Shown here: in pieces, positions 1 through 10,600 of the stretch
How positions within the stretch are numbered: the first letter of the stretch is position 1
Layout: each line of letters starts with the position of its first letter
Source of the DNA: a virus
Lineage: Duplodnaviria > Caudoviricetes
Virus record (IMG/VR): IMGVR_UViG_3300036982_000361
Coordinates: 1-47,505 of that record
Direction: 5' to 3' (one strand)
Length of the DNA stretch: 47,505 nucleotides
Made by a program: the position numbers and the translations under genes
Notes under the pieces: model-generated
The model's input: the letters and a program-made list of their open reading frames with translations, nothing else
What the model was told of the DNA's origin: nothing
The model's database searches: none

Positions 1-1430
1 AGACGGAAGCTGAACCCGTCCATCTGCCAGGGAAGAGTGCCGGTCATCTTCGGGCTGATAGCGTCGGCAACGATGGTCAGCGGAATGTGGTTAATCCCGA
101 TGGTGCTGCCCGTCACGGTAGGGCCGGGATGAATTATCGCTTCGTTCCTGACGTTCGGGTAGATGGTGAGGTTCTGTGTTCCCGATTGCTGCGTTTCATA
201 GGCAATCCATTGCTTCTTACGCCCTGGTTCCCCCGCGTAAAGGTATGGGAATCGTGCCGTCCAAGCATAGCCGCTTTCTCCTGAATAAGTGCTATCAAAC
301 ACGTAGACCGTATTGCCGCTGCGTACGTAGACCTTACCACGGAACTCAACCATGTGGGTAATCGTGAACGGCAGCGTGTACTTGGTCCAACCCTTCACGT
401 CTGCTTGCCGCGAGTTGGTCATGACGTACATAATCGAGCCGACAGCACACATGTACTGCGCACGAGAAGACGACCATAATGACACGAGTTGCACCGTGGA
501 CGGATCAATAAGTACCGTCTCTGCTTGGATGTTGGCCCCAATGTCGCCGTCTTCAGCTTGGCCAGAGGACACCGCCACGCTTAAGCTACGGAATCCACCT
601 TGTGCAAAGTAGATCGAATCGCCCATCATGTTGGCAACAGATCCGCTTTGATCCGTACCCGCACCGCCGATGATGTCAGAAATCTCGTTATCGGCGGGGT
701 CGGTAAAGAAGCCCCATAGCTGCACATTATCGCGGAAGAATACCGCTAGCTTGTTGCCAAAGTACGAGAAGCCGCGCACCTCGGGGTCGCCGTTCACGTG
801 CTGCGTAACTGGCAGATATCCGGCATCGCCGCTGGAACTCCAGTCAGTCGGGCCGTTGATCGATGACGAATACCACACGTCGTTCGTCGATTGATCGTGT
901 GAAATCAGCTTGCGCGACATAGCGAACAAGAACGGCCCTGGCGTGAACGGGGTCGTTACCGCCGTCTTGCCAATCACCGCAATGCTGTAGGTCGAGACTT
1001 CGGGGATGTAGTGGTGCTCGTACTGGAAGCCCAGGCCCGGGTTTGCCGGATCAAGGTACTTCTCAATTACCACGTACGGAACCCGGTCCCACACCTGCGA
1101 TGCCGTCAGCCGTAGTGCCGTACCGAGATCGCCGCCAGTCGCCCGGTTGCTAAACCAATCGTAGCGCATGCCGGGAGGAGGATTGGTAAAAACTCCCGAT
1201 GCTGGTACAGGAAGCGCCGTACGCAAAAACCCATTAGCGACGTACAAGCCGAGACTCGTGGAGTCCAGCACGGCAAAGGGGCGTAACTGCGCACGCGACC
1301 TCAAGCCACCGCCCGTGGTCAAGTCCAGATTCGTCGCTTCGCGCAACGAGTTGGGTGCGCTGGCATCGACACCGCGACGAAGATCGAGGCCGACAAAGTC
1401 GCCTACCGTTACGACAGGTGGTTCCCCCAT
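1..1430 (-). CDS. Tail tubular protein B / nozzle-like protein, copy A (3' end cut by window edge, ~19 nt missing)
   Basis: ATG at 1430; collinear without indels with ORF 46002..47450 (offset 46020); lies directly downstream of the tail tubular A-like gene. Confidence 0.75.
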   Translation of the reverse strand, partial: MGEPPVVTVGDFVGLDLRRGVDASAPNSLREATNLDLTTGGGLRSRAQLRPFAVLDSTSLGLYVANGFLRTALPVPASGVFTNPPPGMRYDWFSNRATGGDLGTALRLTASQVWDRVPYVVIEKYLDPANPGLGFQYEHHYIPEVSTYSIAVIGKTAVTTPFTPGPFLFAMSRKLISHDQSTNDVWYSSSINGPTDWSSSGDAGYLPVTQHVNGDPEVRGFSYFGNKLAVFFRDNVQLWGFFTDPADNEISDIIGGAGTDQSGSVANMMGDSIYFAQGGFRSLSVAVSSGQAEDGDIGANIQAETVLIDPSTVQLVSLWSSSRAQYMCAVGSIMYVMTNSRQADVKGWTKYTLPFTITHMVEFRGKVYVRSGNTVYVFDSTYSGESGYAWTARFPYLYAGEPGRKKQWIAYETQQSGTQNLTIYPNVRNEAIIHPGPTVTGSTIGINHIPLTIVADAISPKMTGTLPWQMDGFSFR

Positions 1431-1440
1431 TTCAAGACGC
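1..1440. repeat. Imperfect terminal direct repeat, left copy (pairs with 46021..47460)
   Basis: Line-by-line comparison gives about 98 mismatches in 1440 nt (~93% identity), no indels, mostly at third codon positions. Confidence 0.95.
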
Positions 1441-2175
1441 CTTCAGTCCAGTGAGCATAGCGCACAGGAGAACGACCCAAGGATTCCAATCAGTACGCCA
1501 GTAGCGCGAGCCACGAAGGCGCAAGTTATCGTACACTAGCGGAACATACCCACGCATGCTGATAGCGCGAATCTCGCCCTGCTCTTGAGAAGTGCGCTGC
1601 AAGTAGCGCATGTGGTCGGCCATGTCGGCCTTGTAGTCACCGCCGAGACCCGTGTGGCGCTTCAACAGATATGCAGCGCGTTGGATCAATGCTTCAGGAT
1701 CAACGTTGGTGCGATCCGTCTCGGACAGCAAACTGGCCGGGTTCTGGTAGTACTCAATAACCAGCGTCACCCACGTAGATGTCGGAGCCGGGTACAGGCG
1801 CAAGGCCCGATCCACAATCTCATAAGCATACGGCATGCCACTTGTCTTGGTAATGTTTCGCAGCTGTGCGCCGTGATAGGCGGTAAGATCGAACTCATTA
1901 CCTGAGTCGTTGATGACGGCAATACGCCCAAGCCGAGACATCAATGCATCGTCGGGCGTGTCGTAGACTGCTTGATCCGTAATTAGGTTGTACGTTGCCC
2001 GCGTGCGCTGCGTCAACCACGGCGCTTCAAGGTGCAATTCGCGTTGTGCTTTTCGCAGCAACTCGTCAACGAGCGGATAGGCATCAGCCGCCTGCCCGCC
2101 CGAGACTGAGTAGCCGCCTCGCACCAACACAGAGTTGCGTAGTTCAACAAGCGTAGGTGCGAGGGCTTCGGGCAT
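1432..2175 (-). CDS. Tail tubular protein A / head-tail adaptor-like protein
   Basis: 247 aa; position after capsid genes; adaptor-like motifs (GMPYAYEIVDRALRLYPAP...LVIEYY). Confidence 0.7.
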   Translation of the reverse strand: MPEALAPTLVELRNSVLVRGGYSVSGGQAADAYPLVDELLRKAQRELHLEAPWLTQRTRATYNLITDQAVYDTPDDALMSRLGRIAVINDSGNEFDLTAYHGAQLRNITKTSGMPYAYEIVDRALRLYPAPTSTWVTLVIEYYQNPASLLSETDRTNVDPEALIQRAAYLLKRHTGLGGDYKADMADHMRYLQRTSQEQGEIRAISMRGYVPLVYDNLRLRGSRYWRTDWNPWVVLLCAMLTGLKAS

Positions 2176-2177
2176 GA

Positions 2178-2738
2178 TTACTTCTTGGCTTCGACCTTGA
2201 CTTCAGCCGCTGACAAGCGACCGGCAACGTCAATAGTGATGGTAGGCACACTGGCGAGATCCACAAGACTCTGACCGACGCAGGAAGCGCGATCCACGAA
2301 TCCGGCAGCTTGCAAAGCGCGGGCTTGATCTTCGGTAAGACCGAATGCAAGGAAGGTCGGATTAGCCGCCACCTGAGCGCGAGGCTTAGCCATTTGACGC
2401 AAGCGGTCATGTTCCGCCACCAGCAAACGTTCAAATTCTTTCTTCAGGCTCTCAGGATTCCACACGGCATCGACATGGTACATGCCGTTCTCGCCCTTGT
2501 AGACCTTGCGAAGCCATCCGATTTCTTGCTCAACGCTGCTGACATCGCGGTAGCGCATAGTCGGCTCGCCGTCTTCCGGATACGGCTGTACGTCAACGCC
2601 GTTACCTGGGGCGGTTGGTTCAAGGCGACCACTGAATACACGGCGCAATACGTTAGAAACGTACGACGGGTAGATCAACGGGCCGTAGCCCACGCCACTG
2701 TGGCATCGGACGGTGATAAGGGAATTAGGGATATCCAT
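2178..2738 (-). CDS. Hypothetical protein with C-terminal helix-hairpin-helix-like domain
   Basis: 186 aa; GGAG SD; C-terminus GLTEDQARALQAAGF...LVDLASVPTI resembles HhH folds. Confidence 0.6.
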   Translation of the reverse strand: MDIPNSLITVRCHSGVGYGPLIYPSYVSNVLRRVFSGRLEPTAPGNGVDVQPYPEDGEPTMRYRDVSSVEQEIGWLRKVYKGENGMYHVDAVWNPESLKKEFERLLVAEHDRLRQMAKPRAQVAANPTFLAFGLTEDQARALQAAGFVDRASCVGQSLVDLASVPTITIDVAGRLSAAEVKVEAKK

Positions 2739-2765
2739 AAAGGGGTTGCTCCGCGTGCCACGCTA

Positions 2766-2799
2766 CAAACAAACTCCCCCGTGGCAAGCCACGAGGGAG
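2766..2799 (-). terminator. Rho-independent terminator after major capsid gene
   Basis: Minus strand CTCCCTCGTGGC-TT-GCCACGGGGGAG followed by TTTGTTTG. Confidence 0.75.
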
Positions 2800-2835
2800 A
2801 ACCTGTCGGGAGCAACGACGTACGGTTTTTAGCGA

Positions 2836-3972
2836 TTAAGACGCCAAAAGAATAACGGCGTTCGCGTTCGGAGCCTTCGGCAGCAAGACGGCCTTGCTGT
2901 CGAGCGAGATACGGGTGACGCGAACGTCGCCAGCATCAGGCGGGAAGCTCATAACCTTCTTCTTGGCCGGGGCGTACGAAAGCTGCCACGTCTTGGTGTT
3001 CAGCATGTACATGCGGCGAGTCCACGCAGCGGCTGGGGCGAGCAGGGTATCCAGAACCTCAAAGGTCGGGTTGTGGATAATCGGGGTGCCTTCAAAGCTG
3101 ACGCCGGTATCGGGGAAGCCGATGTCGGCCATACGCTTCTTATCAGCCAGCGTGGTCGTGAACTGGATGTTGTTCGTGGTGCAGTAGTTGACGTAACGGT
3201 CGATAGCGCCCGCACCGGCCATGATGAAGTCCACGCCATCGGTGCCCATTTCCATGCCGCGAAGCGACAGGTTAGCCTGACGACGAGCACGGGTCAGACC
3301 CGCACGCAGGGTGCCAGCAGCGCCGTAGGTCAAGCCGATTTCAGCGTAGTGCTGGAGAACCGAGCTGGACGCGCGGAGCTTGGTACCGATAGAGCCGGAG
3401 GTGACGAAACCGGTAGCAGCCGGGTACGGCAGGTACGCATCCAAGCCCTGGGCGAGCTTAGGATTGGCCGAGTTGTCGGACAGGAGCATCTGATCAAAAG
3501 CAATATCGAACTTGTCGTCCATCGCTTCGAGCTTGGCCATCCAGTAATCAACGAGAACCTGCGCTTGAGACTCAGAATCGACTTTGCCAATCCGGGTGCT
3601 GCGGGACTGATTGGGGACGATGGTCAGACCGCAAGCGGCTTCGATGTCCTCATGGACGAACTCTTGGCCCATGTGCAGATTGGCCCACTGGAACTGAGTT
3701 TCGAGTTCAATCGGCGACTCAGTGAAGCCGAGAACGTCACGACGCTCAAAGCCTTGCAGGTCAAACTCAGCGGTGAGCTGGTACTTGAGGATAGGGCCGT
3801 TGATGCCGGCAGCCGAGACACCGGCAACAGGGGCCGAGTTTTCCAGCTTTTCCAGCAGGTTAAACCAAGGCATCGCTTTGCGATCAGCCTTGATCTGTTT
3901 CTTACGGTTGAGCACGCCAGGGTAGGCGGCGTAGGCGATGCTTTGGAGAGCTTCGGGGGTAAACGTAGTCAT
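2836..3972 (-). CDS. Major capsid protein
   Basis: Start MTTFTPE at 3972 with TAAGGA SD; ~378 aa; follows portal and scaffold; strong codon bias; terminator downstream. Confidence 0.85.
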   Translation of the reverse strand: MTTFTPEALQSIAYAAYPGVLNRKKQIKADRKAMPWFNLLEKLENSAPVAGVSAAGINGPILKYQLTAEFDLQGFERRDVLGFTESPIELETQFQWANLHMGQEFVHEDIEAACGLTIVPNQSRSTRIGKVDSESQAQVLVDYWMAKLEAMDDKFDIAFDQMLLSDNSANPKLAQGLDAYLPYPAATGFVTSGSIGTKLRASSSVLQHYAEIGLTYGAAGTLRAGLTRARRQANLSLRGMEMGTDGVDFIMAGAGAIDRYVNYCTTNNIQFTTTLADKKRMADIGFPDTGVSFEGTPIIHNPTFEVLDTLLAPAAAWTRRMYMLNTKTWQLSYAPAKKKVMSFPPDAGDVRVTRISLDSKAVLLPKAPNANAVILLAS

Positions 3973-4032
3973 GCTGCGATCCTTACCGCATAGCGGCGGG
4001 TTTGACCCCGCCGGTATGGGCAAGGGTCGGGT

Positions 4033-5118
4033 TTAGCGAACGAACTTTCCAGCCGCGATGTCCCGAATGAGCTGTGCTCGGGAATCAATCTCGACTGGCT
4101 TAGGAGCGGGTGCGGAGCTAGAACGGACCTGAGTCCCAGCTACCGGCTTGATTGGTTTTCTCTCGGTCGCGGGCGACGCCTTACGGACTTCATCGCGCAC
4201 AATGTCCTGATAAACCGCAGTCCACATGAGAGGATTACTAGTGCGACTGGCTTGGCTAAGACGTTCGTTGACCGCTGATGCGATCTTGGCGAAATTGGGG
4301 ATCTTCGCTTCGTACTCTTTTTCCAAACGCACTACCTCCGCAATAGCAGCTTCCCGGATAGGGTCATGCCGTTGCTGGTCTTGTGGTGCGCGAGGCTGGA
4401 TTTTTTCGGGTTCGGGAGCGGGTCTATCGGCCTTGATTTGCAATTCCGCCAACCGGCGTGCTTGCTTTCTGGCGACCTGCTCACCGATCTGAAGGTCGTC
4501 TACTTCGGAAGCGAACTCCGCGTCGTAGATTTCCTTCGCAACATCGTCTACTGATTTGACCTTGGGGGCTTCTACCGGGGCCGACTCTTTCCAGCCGAAC
4601 GCCTTAGCAGTTGCAATCAAGGTGCCGATAGCCTCTTTGTCACCATTCTTGACCTGCGCCGCGAGAGCCGTCCAATTGGCGAACTCTTCCGGGCTGATCT
4701 TGTTCTTGGTGAGCATCTGCGTAATCACGTCGCCAAAGGCGGCAGCTTTTCGCAGCTCGTCAATCGTCTTCTTGGTACGTTCGCCAAGCCGCTTATCAGC
4801 AGCAAGGTCTGCACCAACGAGCGATTTAGGCTCATCGTCGTCCGACTTCTTCGAGACCGGTGTCGAGTCGCCTTCCGGCTCTTCGTCATCGTCGTCTTCG
4901 GAAACCTCTTCGGAAACTTCTTCTTCAGCCTTTTCTTCAACAGGCTTCTGAATTAGCGACTGGATGAGGGATTCCCGCGAATGTTCGGCGGTATCAATAG
5001 CGTCGTTGCCGATTTCCGGCTTCGTGCTTTCCTCACCCTGGGACGTAGGGGCGGCTTGATCGTTAACGTCCACTTCCCCGTCAGGGGTGATCTGTTCTGT
5101 ATTCATAGCGGCTTGCAT
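4033..5118 (-). CDS. Capsid scaffolding protein
   Basis: Acidic low-complexity N-terminus and helical core; lies between portal and capsid genes; start codon uncertain (5118 or 5106). Confidence 0.75.
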   Translation of the reverse strand: MQAAMNTEQITPDGEVDVNDQAAPTSQGEESTKPEIGNDAIDTAEHSRESLIQSLIQKPVEEKAEEEVSEEVSEDDDDEEPEGDSTPVSKKSDDDEPKSLVGADLAADKRLGERTKKTIDELRKAAAFGDVITQMLTKNKISPEEFANWTALAAQVKNGDKEAIGTLIATAKAFGWKESAPVEAPKVKSVDDVAKEIYDAEFASEVDDLQIGEQVARKQARRLAELQIKADRPAPEPEKIQPRAPQDQQRHDPIREAAIAEVVRLEKEYEAKIPNFAKIASAVNERLSQASRTSNPLMWTAVYQDIVRDEVRKASPATERKPIKPVAGTQVRSSSAPAPKPVEIDSRAQLIRDIAAGKFVR

Positions 5119-5133
5119 TGCTCCTGCAAGGGT

Positions 5134-7269
5134 TTATTGACCGAGGCGATTGCCCGGGTTGTTGGGAAGATTTTCAGGCGAAGGAACGCCTTCCATAGGG
5201 GGCGCTCCACCCTCTTGGCCGCGCGGTCCTTGTGCATTGGGATCGCCGCCAGGGGCTGGCGCATTAGGCATTCCCCCTGGTTGCGCCATCATCGGATTCC
5301 AGAAATTACGGATATCTTCGGAGATGCCGCCAAGGGCCATGACCTTAGCCATCACGTTACCGACATTGATGCCGGGGACGCTTTGCAGCTTCATGATGAT
5401 GTCGGGGAAAGCCGTCCAAAACTGCATTTTCCCAGCAAAATCCGGCGGTCCCGAAACGGCGCCTTGTATTTCAATTTGGAAGTTGACCGACAACTGCTCC
5501 GCCGATAGGGCGAGCCACACCGACTGCATGCCGCACATCGCCTTGATGTTATCAGCGGGGAACACCTTAACGGCAACCTGCCCCATCCATTCCAGCAAGT
5601 CGGAGAACGTACGATTAAGCTGTGCCTGACGCCGTGAATTGGCCTTCTGCATGCCTTGGTTCGCCAAGGTCAGATCCGTAGCAACTTTGCCTTCGCCCTG
5701 CACGCCCATGCCCGTCAATGGCACATTGGCCACCATCTGCATGTCAGCAACTACCTTAGAGGTATCGTAGAGACCCTGGTTATAGGGCGCTCCGTTCATC
5801 TCCTTCATGTACTTGTTAACGTCGTCCGCCTTCTTGAGCATGACGGCTTGGAACGGTGCACGGCCTTCAATGGCGTCAATGTCGGCTTGATCCGCAGCGC
5901 CGGCTGCAAGGGCAACCCACGGATAGCTGGCGCGTCGACCCTGGCGGTCGTGCGTGCGAAGCAGGTTGTACTCGTTCTGAAGATCACGCTGCAAACGCAC
6001 GTCCGAAAGCGGCAAAGCCCGACCGGATACGCGATTGAAGTACACCGGGAACAGACTGAACGGATTTGATCCAACGGCCTGGAACACTTCGCTAGCGAGG
6101 AAACGGCTGACGCCGTCCACCCACACGTAGCGACGCCCCATAACACGGTGTTCCAACGTCCAGACGGCACAGCGATCATTGATCTGCTGCGCTTCAATGT
6201 CCGTACGTTCATCCGGTCCGAGAATGCCCCAGCGGCGTTCGGTCTTCTTGCCGTCCGTTGTGTAAACCGTGATGGACTTGTACTCGTCCTGCTCTAGGGC
6301 GAACTTAGCGGCGATGTCTTCTTTCGACAGATAGACGCGATACGCCATCCAAGCTCCGCGACGAAGCTCTTCGGGGCGCTTAATCGACCAGTCCCAGCGA
6401 ACGTCTTCCGGTAGCAACTGATCGACGCTAAAGCCGAGATATCGCTCAAGCTCGGGACACCCCAGCAAATCTAGCTCTTCGCCATCGATGATCGCGGTCT
6501 TGCGCACGGTACGCGGGTCCGTTGGATCTGGCACCATCTGCTCAGTCGGCATGCCGGTCATGGGGTCCATGACGGTCTGCGGAATCATGGGTGGCTGCGC
6601 GATAATGCGATCCGCCATCCACACCTTAAGGGTGTGGTCCAAGTCCTTCAGCTTCTGTGCATCGGCGCTGTCATCGTTAAAGTCGCCCGCTGCCTTGGCT
6701 TCCTGGAGGCGCAAGTACTCAGCGACGTTTTCCTGCTGATCGTTGAAACGGTTCTGACCAACGGGATCTTTCAGGAAGTCTTCCTGTACGGATACCTTCA
6801 ACCACGCAATGCCGTTAGTCTGCGCATCTTGTGCAGCGCCTTCCATCAATTCAGGAAGCCGCGTCTGCGTGATCATCCGATTGAGGAACAGCTCCATGGT
6901 CTCGGACATCGCCGTCATCGACGGATCGACAAGACCGCCCGCCTGAGGCAGCACTTTGCACGAGGCTTTAGGATCATCTAAGCCGAGGTTGGCGACTACC
7001 GTCTGCTGATTCTTGAGAACCTGATTGACAATAACCGTGTCTTGGTCCTTAGACCCGATCAACTCTTCGGCAACGTAGGCGCGATCTTCCTGCATCTGCT
7101 CGAAAGCATCACGCAGAAACTGCGGGGTTTTAACAAGTTCGTTGAACTCCGTGATAAGCGCCCGCTCTGAGGCCGATGCCTCGGGGGTCTTCTCAGCAAC
7201 AAGTTCAACTACTTCCGCAACTTCGGGAATAGCAGGATCCATCTGTGCGGCTTCAATAGATGGATTCAT
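5134..7269 (-). CDS. Portal protein (podovirus/P22-like)
   Basis: 711 aa; GIAWLKV motif; Pro/Gly/Met-rich C-terminal tail; upstream of scaffold and capsid genes. Confidence 0.85.
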   Translation of the reverse strand: MNPSIEAAQMDPAIPEVAEVVELVAEKTPEASASERALITEFNELVKTPQFLRDAFEQMQEDRAYVAEELIGSKDQDTVIVNQVLKNQQTVVANLGLDDPKASCKVLPQAGGLVDPSMTAMSETMELFLNRMITQTRLPELMEGAAQDAQTNGIAWLKVSVQEDFLKDPVGQNRFNDQQENVAEYLRLQEAKAAGDFNDDSADAQKLKDLDHTLKVWMADRIIAQPPMIPQTVMDPMTGMPTEQMVPDPTDPRTVRKTAIIDGEELDLLGCPELERYLGFSVDQLLPEDVRWDWSIKRPEELRRGAWMAYRVYLSKEDIAAKFALEQDEYKSITVYTTDGKKTERRWGILGPDERTDIEAQQINDRCAVWTLEHRVMGRRYVWVDGVSRFLASEVFQAVGSNPFSLFPVYFNRVSGRALPLSDVRLQRDLQNEYNLLRTHDRQGRRASYPWVALAAGAADQADIDAIEGRAPFQAVMLKKADDVNKYMKEMNGAPYNQGLYDTSKVVADMQMVANVPLTGMGVQGEGKVATDLTLANQGMQKANSRRQAQLNRTFSDLLEWMGQVAVKVFPADNIKAMCGMQSVWLALSAEQLSVNFQIEIQGAVSGPPDFAGKMQFWTAFPDIIMKLQSVPGINVGNVMAKVMALGGISEDIRNFWNPMMAQPGGMPNAPAPGGDPNAQGPRGQEGGAPPMEGVPSPENLPNNPGNRLGQ

Positions 7270-7532
7270 GGTAGTCTTTCTACACCAATGTAAACGATCG
7301 TCAACGTGCCAGATCCCTTGACCCAGACGTATTGCTCAATCTGCTGCACGGGGATGAACTCTACCGTACTTAGCGGGACATCCCAATACGCGGACTGGCT
7401 GTTGTCGGTTATCTGCCACGCGGCGGAACCCTGCATGCGAGCTTCAACGACAAACATGCCCGAATCTGGTAGCCGTGTGGGGGTAGCTGACAGCGCGAGG
7501 GTGCTGACTTTGATTTTAGTTGTCGTGCTCAT
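7266..7532 (-). CDS. Small beta-rich virion-associated protein
   Basis: MSTTTKIKV...; ATGA overlaps with both neighbours. Confidence 0.6.
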   Translation of the reverse strand: MSTTTKIKVSTLALSATPTRLPDSGMFVVEARMQGSAAWQITDNSQSAYWDVPLSTVEFIPVQQIEQYVWVKGSGTLTIVYIGVERLP

Positions 7533-7675
7533 GCGCGTGGCCACCTATGACGGAAGAATCCAAGCCCGCTACGGATGCGAGGCAAATACCCCGAACCGCC
7601 TGCTATGGGGTTGTAATTGGCGTTTCCCAGCCAGTTAGCAACCCAGTTGCTATTCCAATTAGCCGACCAGCTCAC
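7529..7675 (-). CDS. 48-aa Trp-repeat peptide (MSWSANWNSNWVANWLG...)
   Basis: Not in ORF track; fills the gap exactly with GTGA and ATGA overlaps. Confidence 0.7.
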   Translation of the reverse strand: MSWSANWNSNWVANWLGNANYNPIAGGSGYLPRIRSGLGFFRHRWPRA

Positions 7676-10600
7676 GGCGTTACCGTTACCGCAGTTCTAT
7701 TTCCGTTGGCATCGACGGTTCCAACCACTCGATTAACCGTGTCGTTCAGATCACGGAACACCGGCGCCGTCGGTTGTCCGCTTGTTTTACCGGCAGAGAC
7801 CGCTGCATTGATCCGCATAATGTCGGCAGCGGAGAAAGACCCTTCAAGCAGGGACGCCCATACCGCAGTTGCTGAATCGGCAGGAAGATTTGCTGCGTTA
7901 GCAAGGTACGCCCGTCCGCTATTGAAATAGATCGCTCCAACCGTACTGGTTGCAACCAGACCTTGGGAGCCGCCCAGCTTTTGCACAAATCCGCCGTCAA
8001 TGGTAAGCAATGCGCTCTTGCGATTATCAAACGCCAGATCAACGATGCTTCCGTCGATAAGGTAGTTGGCAGAGTCCGTTGCGCTCATTGCGCCAAAAAA
8101 GTTGATTATGCCGCTTGACGTAGACTCTTGATAGCACAGCCAAGCATAGATACGCGCAAGAGACGTTGTGTTATCGGTATCGTTGATATCTACTTGGATA
8201 TTCGGGTAGTCGGCAGTAAACTCGCCACCGCTGGAACTGTCGCACGATGCGCCATCCACACCGTTGTCAACATACGCTGAATCGTCTGCCTGCGTATCTA
8301 GGAACGTCAGCCCCGACGAGGTCAGAACGCCAATCGAGGTAGTTCTAGCCTTTGCCGACACGCCGCTGACGTAGCGAGTGGTCATGCGAACGGTTTTATC
8401 TGCCGTCCAGATCACGCGACTGACGTACCCGCTTGCTCCGGCAGTAGCGTTTGCCAACTGCACCGAGTCGGTGACGTTGTAGATACGCACACGAGTGCCG
8501 TTAATCAAGTTTGGCGCAAGAATCGGGGCGCTTACGCCGCTGACATCTTGATACACCAACGACGGCGCAGGGGCGGCTCCGTTAACAAAGCTGGTTGTTC
8601 CAGTCGTAACGATCCTAGTTCCCGTCAAGGTAGTTGCCTTAATGGTCACATTGCTGCCAGATACGACTAGCACACTAGCGGCGGTTGCGTCTACAATGAG
8701 GTTTTTCGAGCCGAGGTCTAGTGTTCCGCCAGCTTGGCTAAAAAAGATCGCCGACGACGGATTATCGCAACCCCAAAGAGCAAGCCGGTCGTAGAGCTTA
8801 GCTTGCGTCTCAAGAGTGGTGTACGCCGCTACGGTCGCCTCATTCGTCACTGCAATTTGCGAATCAACCGATTGGGTCGCGATTCCGACAACGGGCACGA
8901 ACCCATAGTGACGCGAAGATGACACCCATGGACTAGTGCAAACACCCGAAAGCCACACGTTGGCCGTTGCGCTGGTGCTTACTGCGTTAGTAACGAGCAT
9001 GACGGTTCCGTTTGCCGCTGGCGTTACCGTCAGGTCAAACTTTTCCCACGCATTCGCCGCGCCTGTTTGAGTGTAGGTAGCCGGCGTCGATCCGGCTCCA
9101 CTCAGCGTGACCGATGGCAAGGTTGCCCCGGTGAGATTGCTGTCATAGCGGAGGTAGCCGATCACGCGAAGCGCAGCTCCCGCTACCGCCGTGATGTTTA
9201 CGGTGTTCGTCAATGCGACGCTAGCCGTAGTCGGCCTGAGTTGAACCGCCGAAGGGCTGCGATACGAGGTCGAATTATCGCGATTCGTTATACCGTTAAA
9301 TTTCGTCAGCGTATGTTGCGTGATGTCCGCCTGCCGGTTAGTCACCAAGCAGTAGTCAGACGTCTGCATCAGTGTCGGCGAAGATAAATCATCTGACGCG
9401 GTGTAGGCCGAGCCAAAAAGACAATCAATGGCTTCTACCGGGGCATACGACAGCGTGCTGAGTTTGGTCACTAAGCGCGATCCGGCAGTAGCGCCGTACG
9501 CCATGCCGAATGAACAGCGAGAATACACCGTCGCAGATCCGCTTCTGCCCGTTTCAATACTGCCGCAGTTGTCAAAAACGGTGTCGTTTACAAAGCGCCC
9601 CACGTTTACAATCGGGTCGTAGACCAACCCTGAATGCGAGTAATGCTTGCAAAAGTTCTCTGTAAAACCCTGACATCCCTGAGAGGATGCGATGCTCGCC
9701 CACAGACCGCCGCCAATGGAAACACAGTTTTCCATGAGGATGATTGGCGCCTGCCGGACGATGCAGGATATCAACGTAGTTGACTTAGTAGACCATACGC
9801 AATCAGAAATAGGAACCGATTGCATGTACATAAAGGTCGGGCTAAACCCTGCGCCAACCGTTTGCGCATTTCTGAGCGTCGTGAACGAACACCCGGAAAT
9901 TCCGGTAATTATCGTATTAACCGAACCAACCGGCCCCGCGATACTAAAGCCGCTTAGGCTCGTTGCACTTCCGGCATTAGTCCCATACGCAAATTCAGCG
10001 TTGCGGATTTCAACTGCGTTTGCCGCACCGACCCCGTCTAGGCTAATGGCAACGTTAAAAAACGCCGACGACGTAGCAGTAATGGGTTCATTCGGTCGAA
10101 CATTACGACTTGAGTTAACGACGGGGCACCCGCTCGCGTGGGCGAACGTCGATGTTCCGGTCATGCCGACATCGTAGATCGTACCCGAGACGAGCGTCAG
10201 CGATGCAATAACGAAAGAATCTGTATTGGCGGGTGTGTTCGTGGTCGTCGAAGCGCATAGCACATAGTCGCCGACAACCCATCCGGTGGCGTCAGCTACG
10301 CGGACGGTTGGGTTAACGGCAGAGGCCGCAATCGACGTTGTCGTTGTCGTAGAGCCTGTTTTTGCAGCTCCGTAAACGCTGATCTTCGAAGTCGTTAGAT
10401 TTCCCGCAGAGCTGGCAAGTCCGTATTTTCCGTTCGTTGGGGTTGCGGAATCGTATTTCAAAATTGCCGTGTAGGCGGCGGGTATAGGCGATGCCGCCGT
10501 CCCCATATCCAATTCCGCATCGGCGAGATTAAGGTTAAGGTTTGATCTCAGCGTAAGGGTTGAATCTGCAATTCTTGACCATTGCAATTTGCCCGCAAGC

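Noticed and set aside
1-1440. True direct terminal repeat or simple circular assembly overlap
   Set aside because: The copies differ by about 7% and diverge completely beyond ~1460/47480
7608-7644. Hairpin that might be a terminator
   Set aside because: There is no U-tract and it lies inside the well-coupled 48-aa ORF 7529..7675
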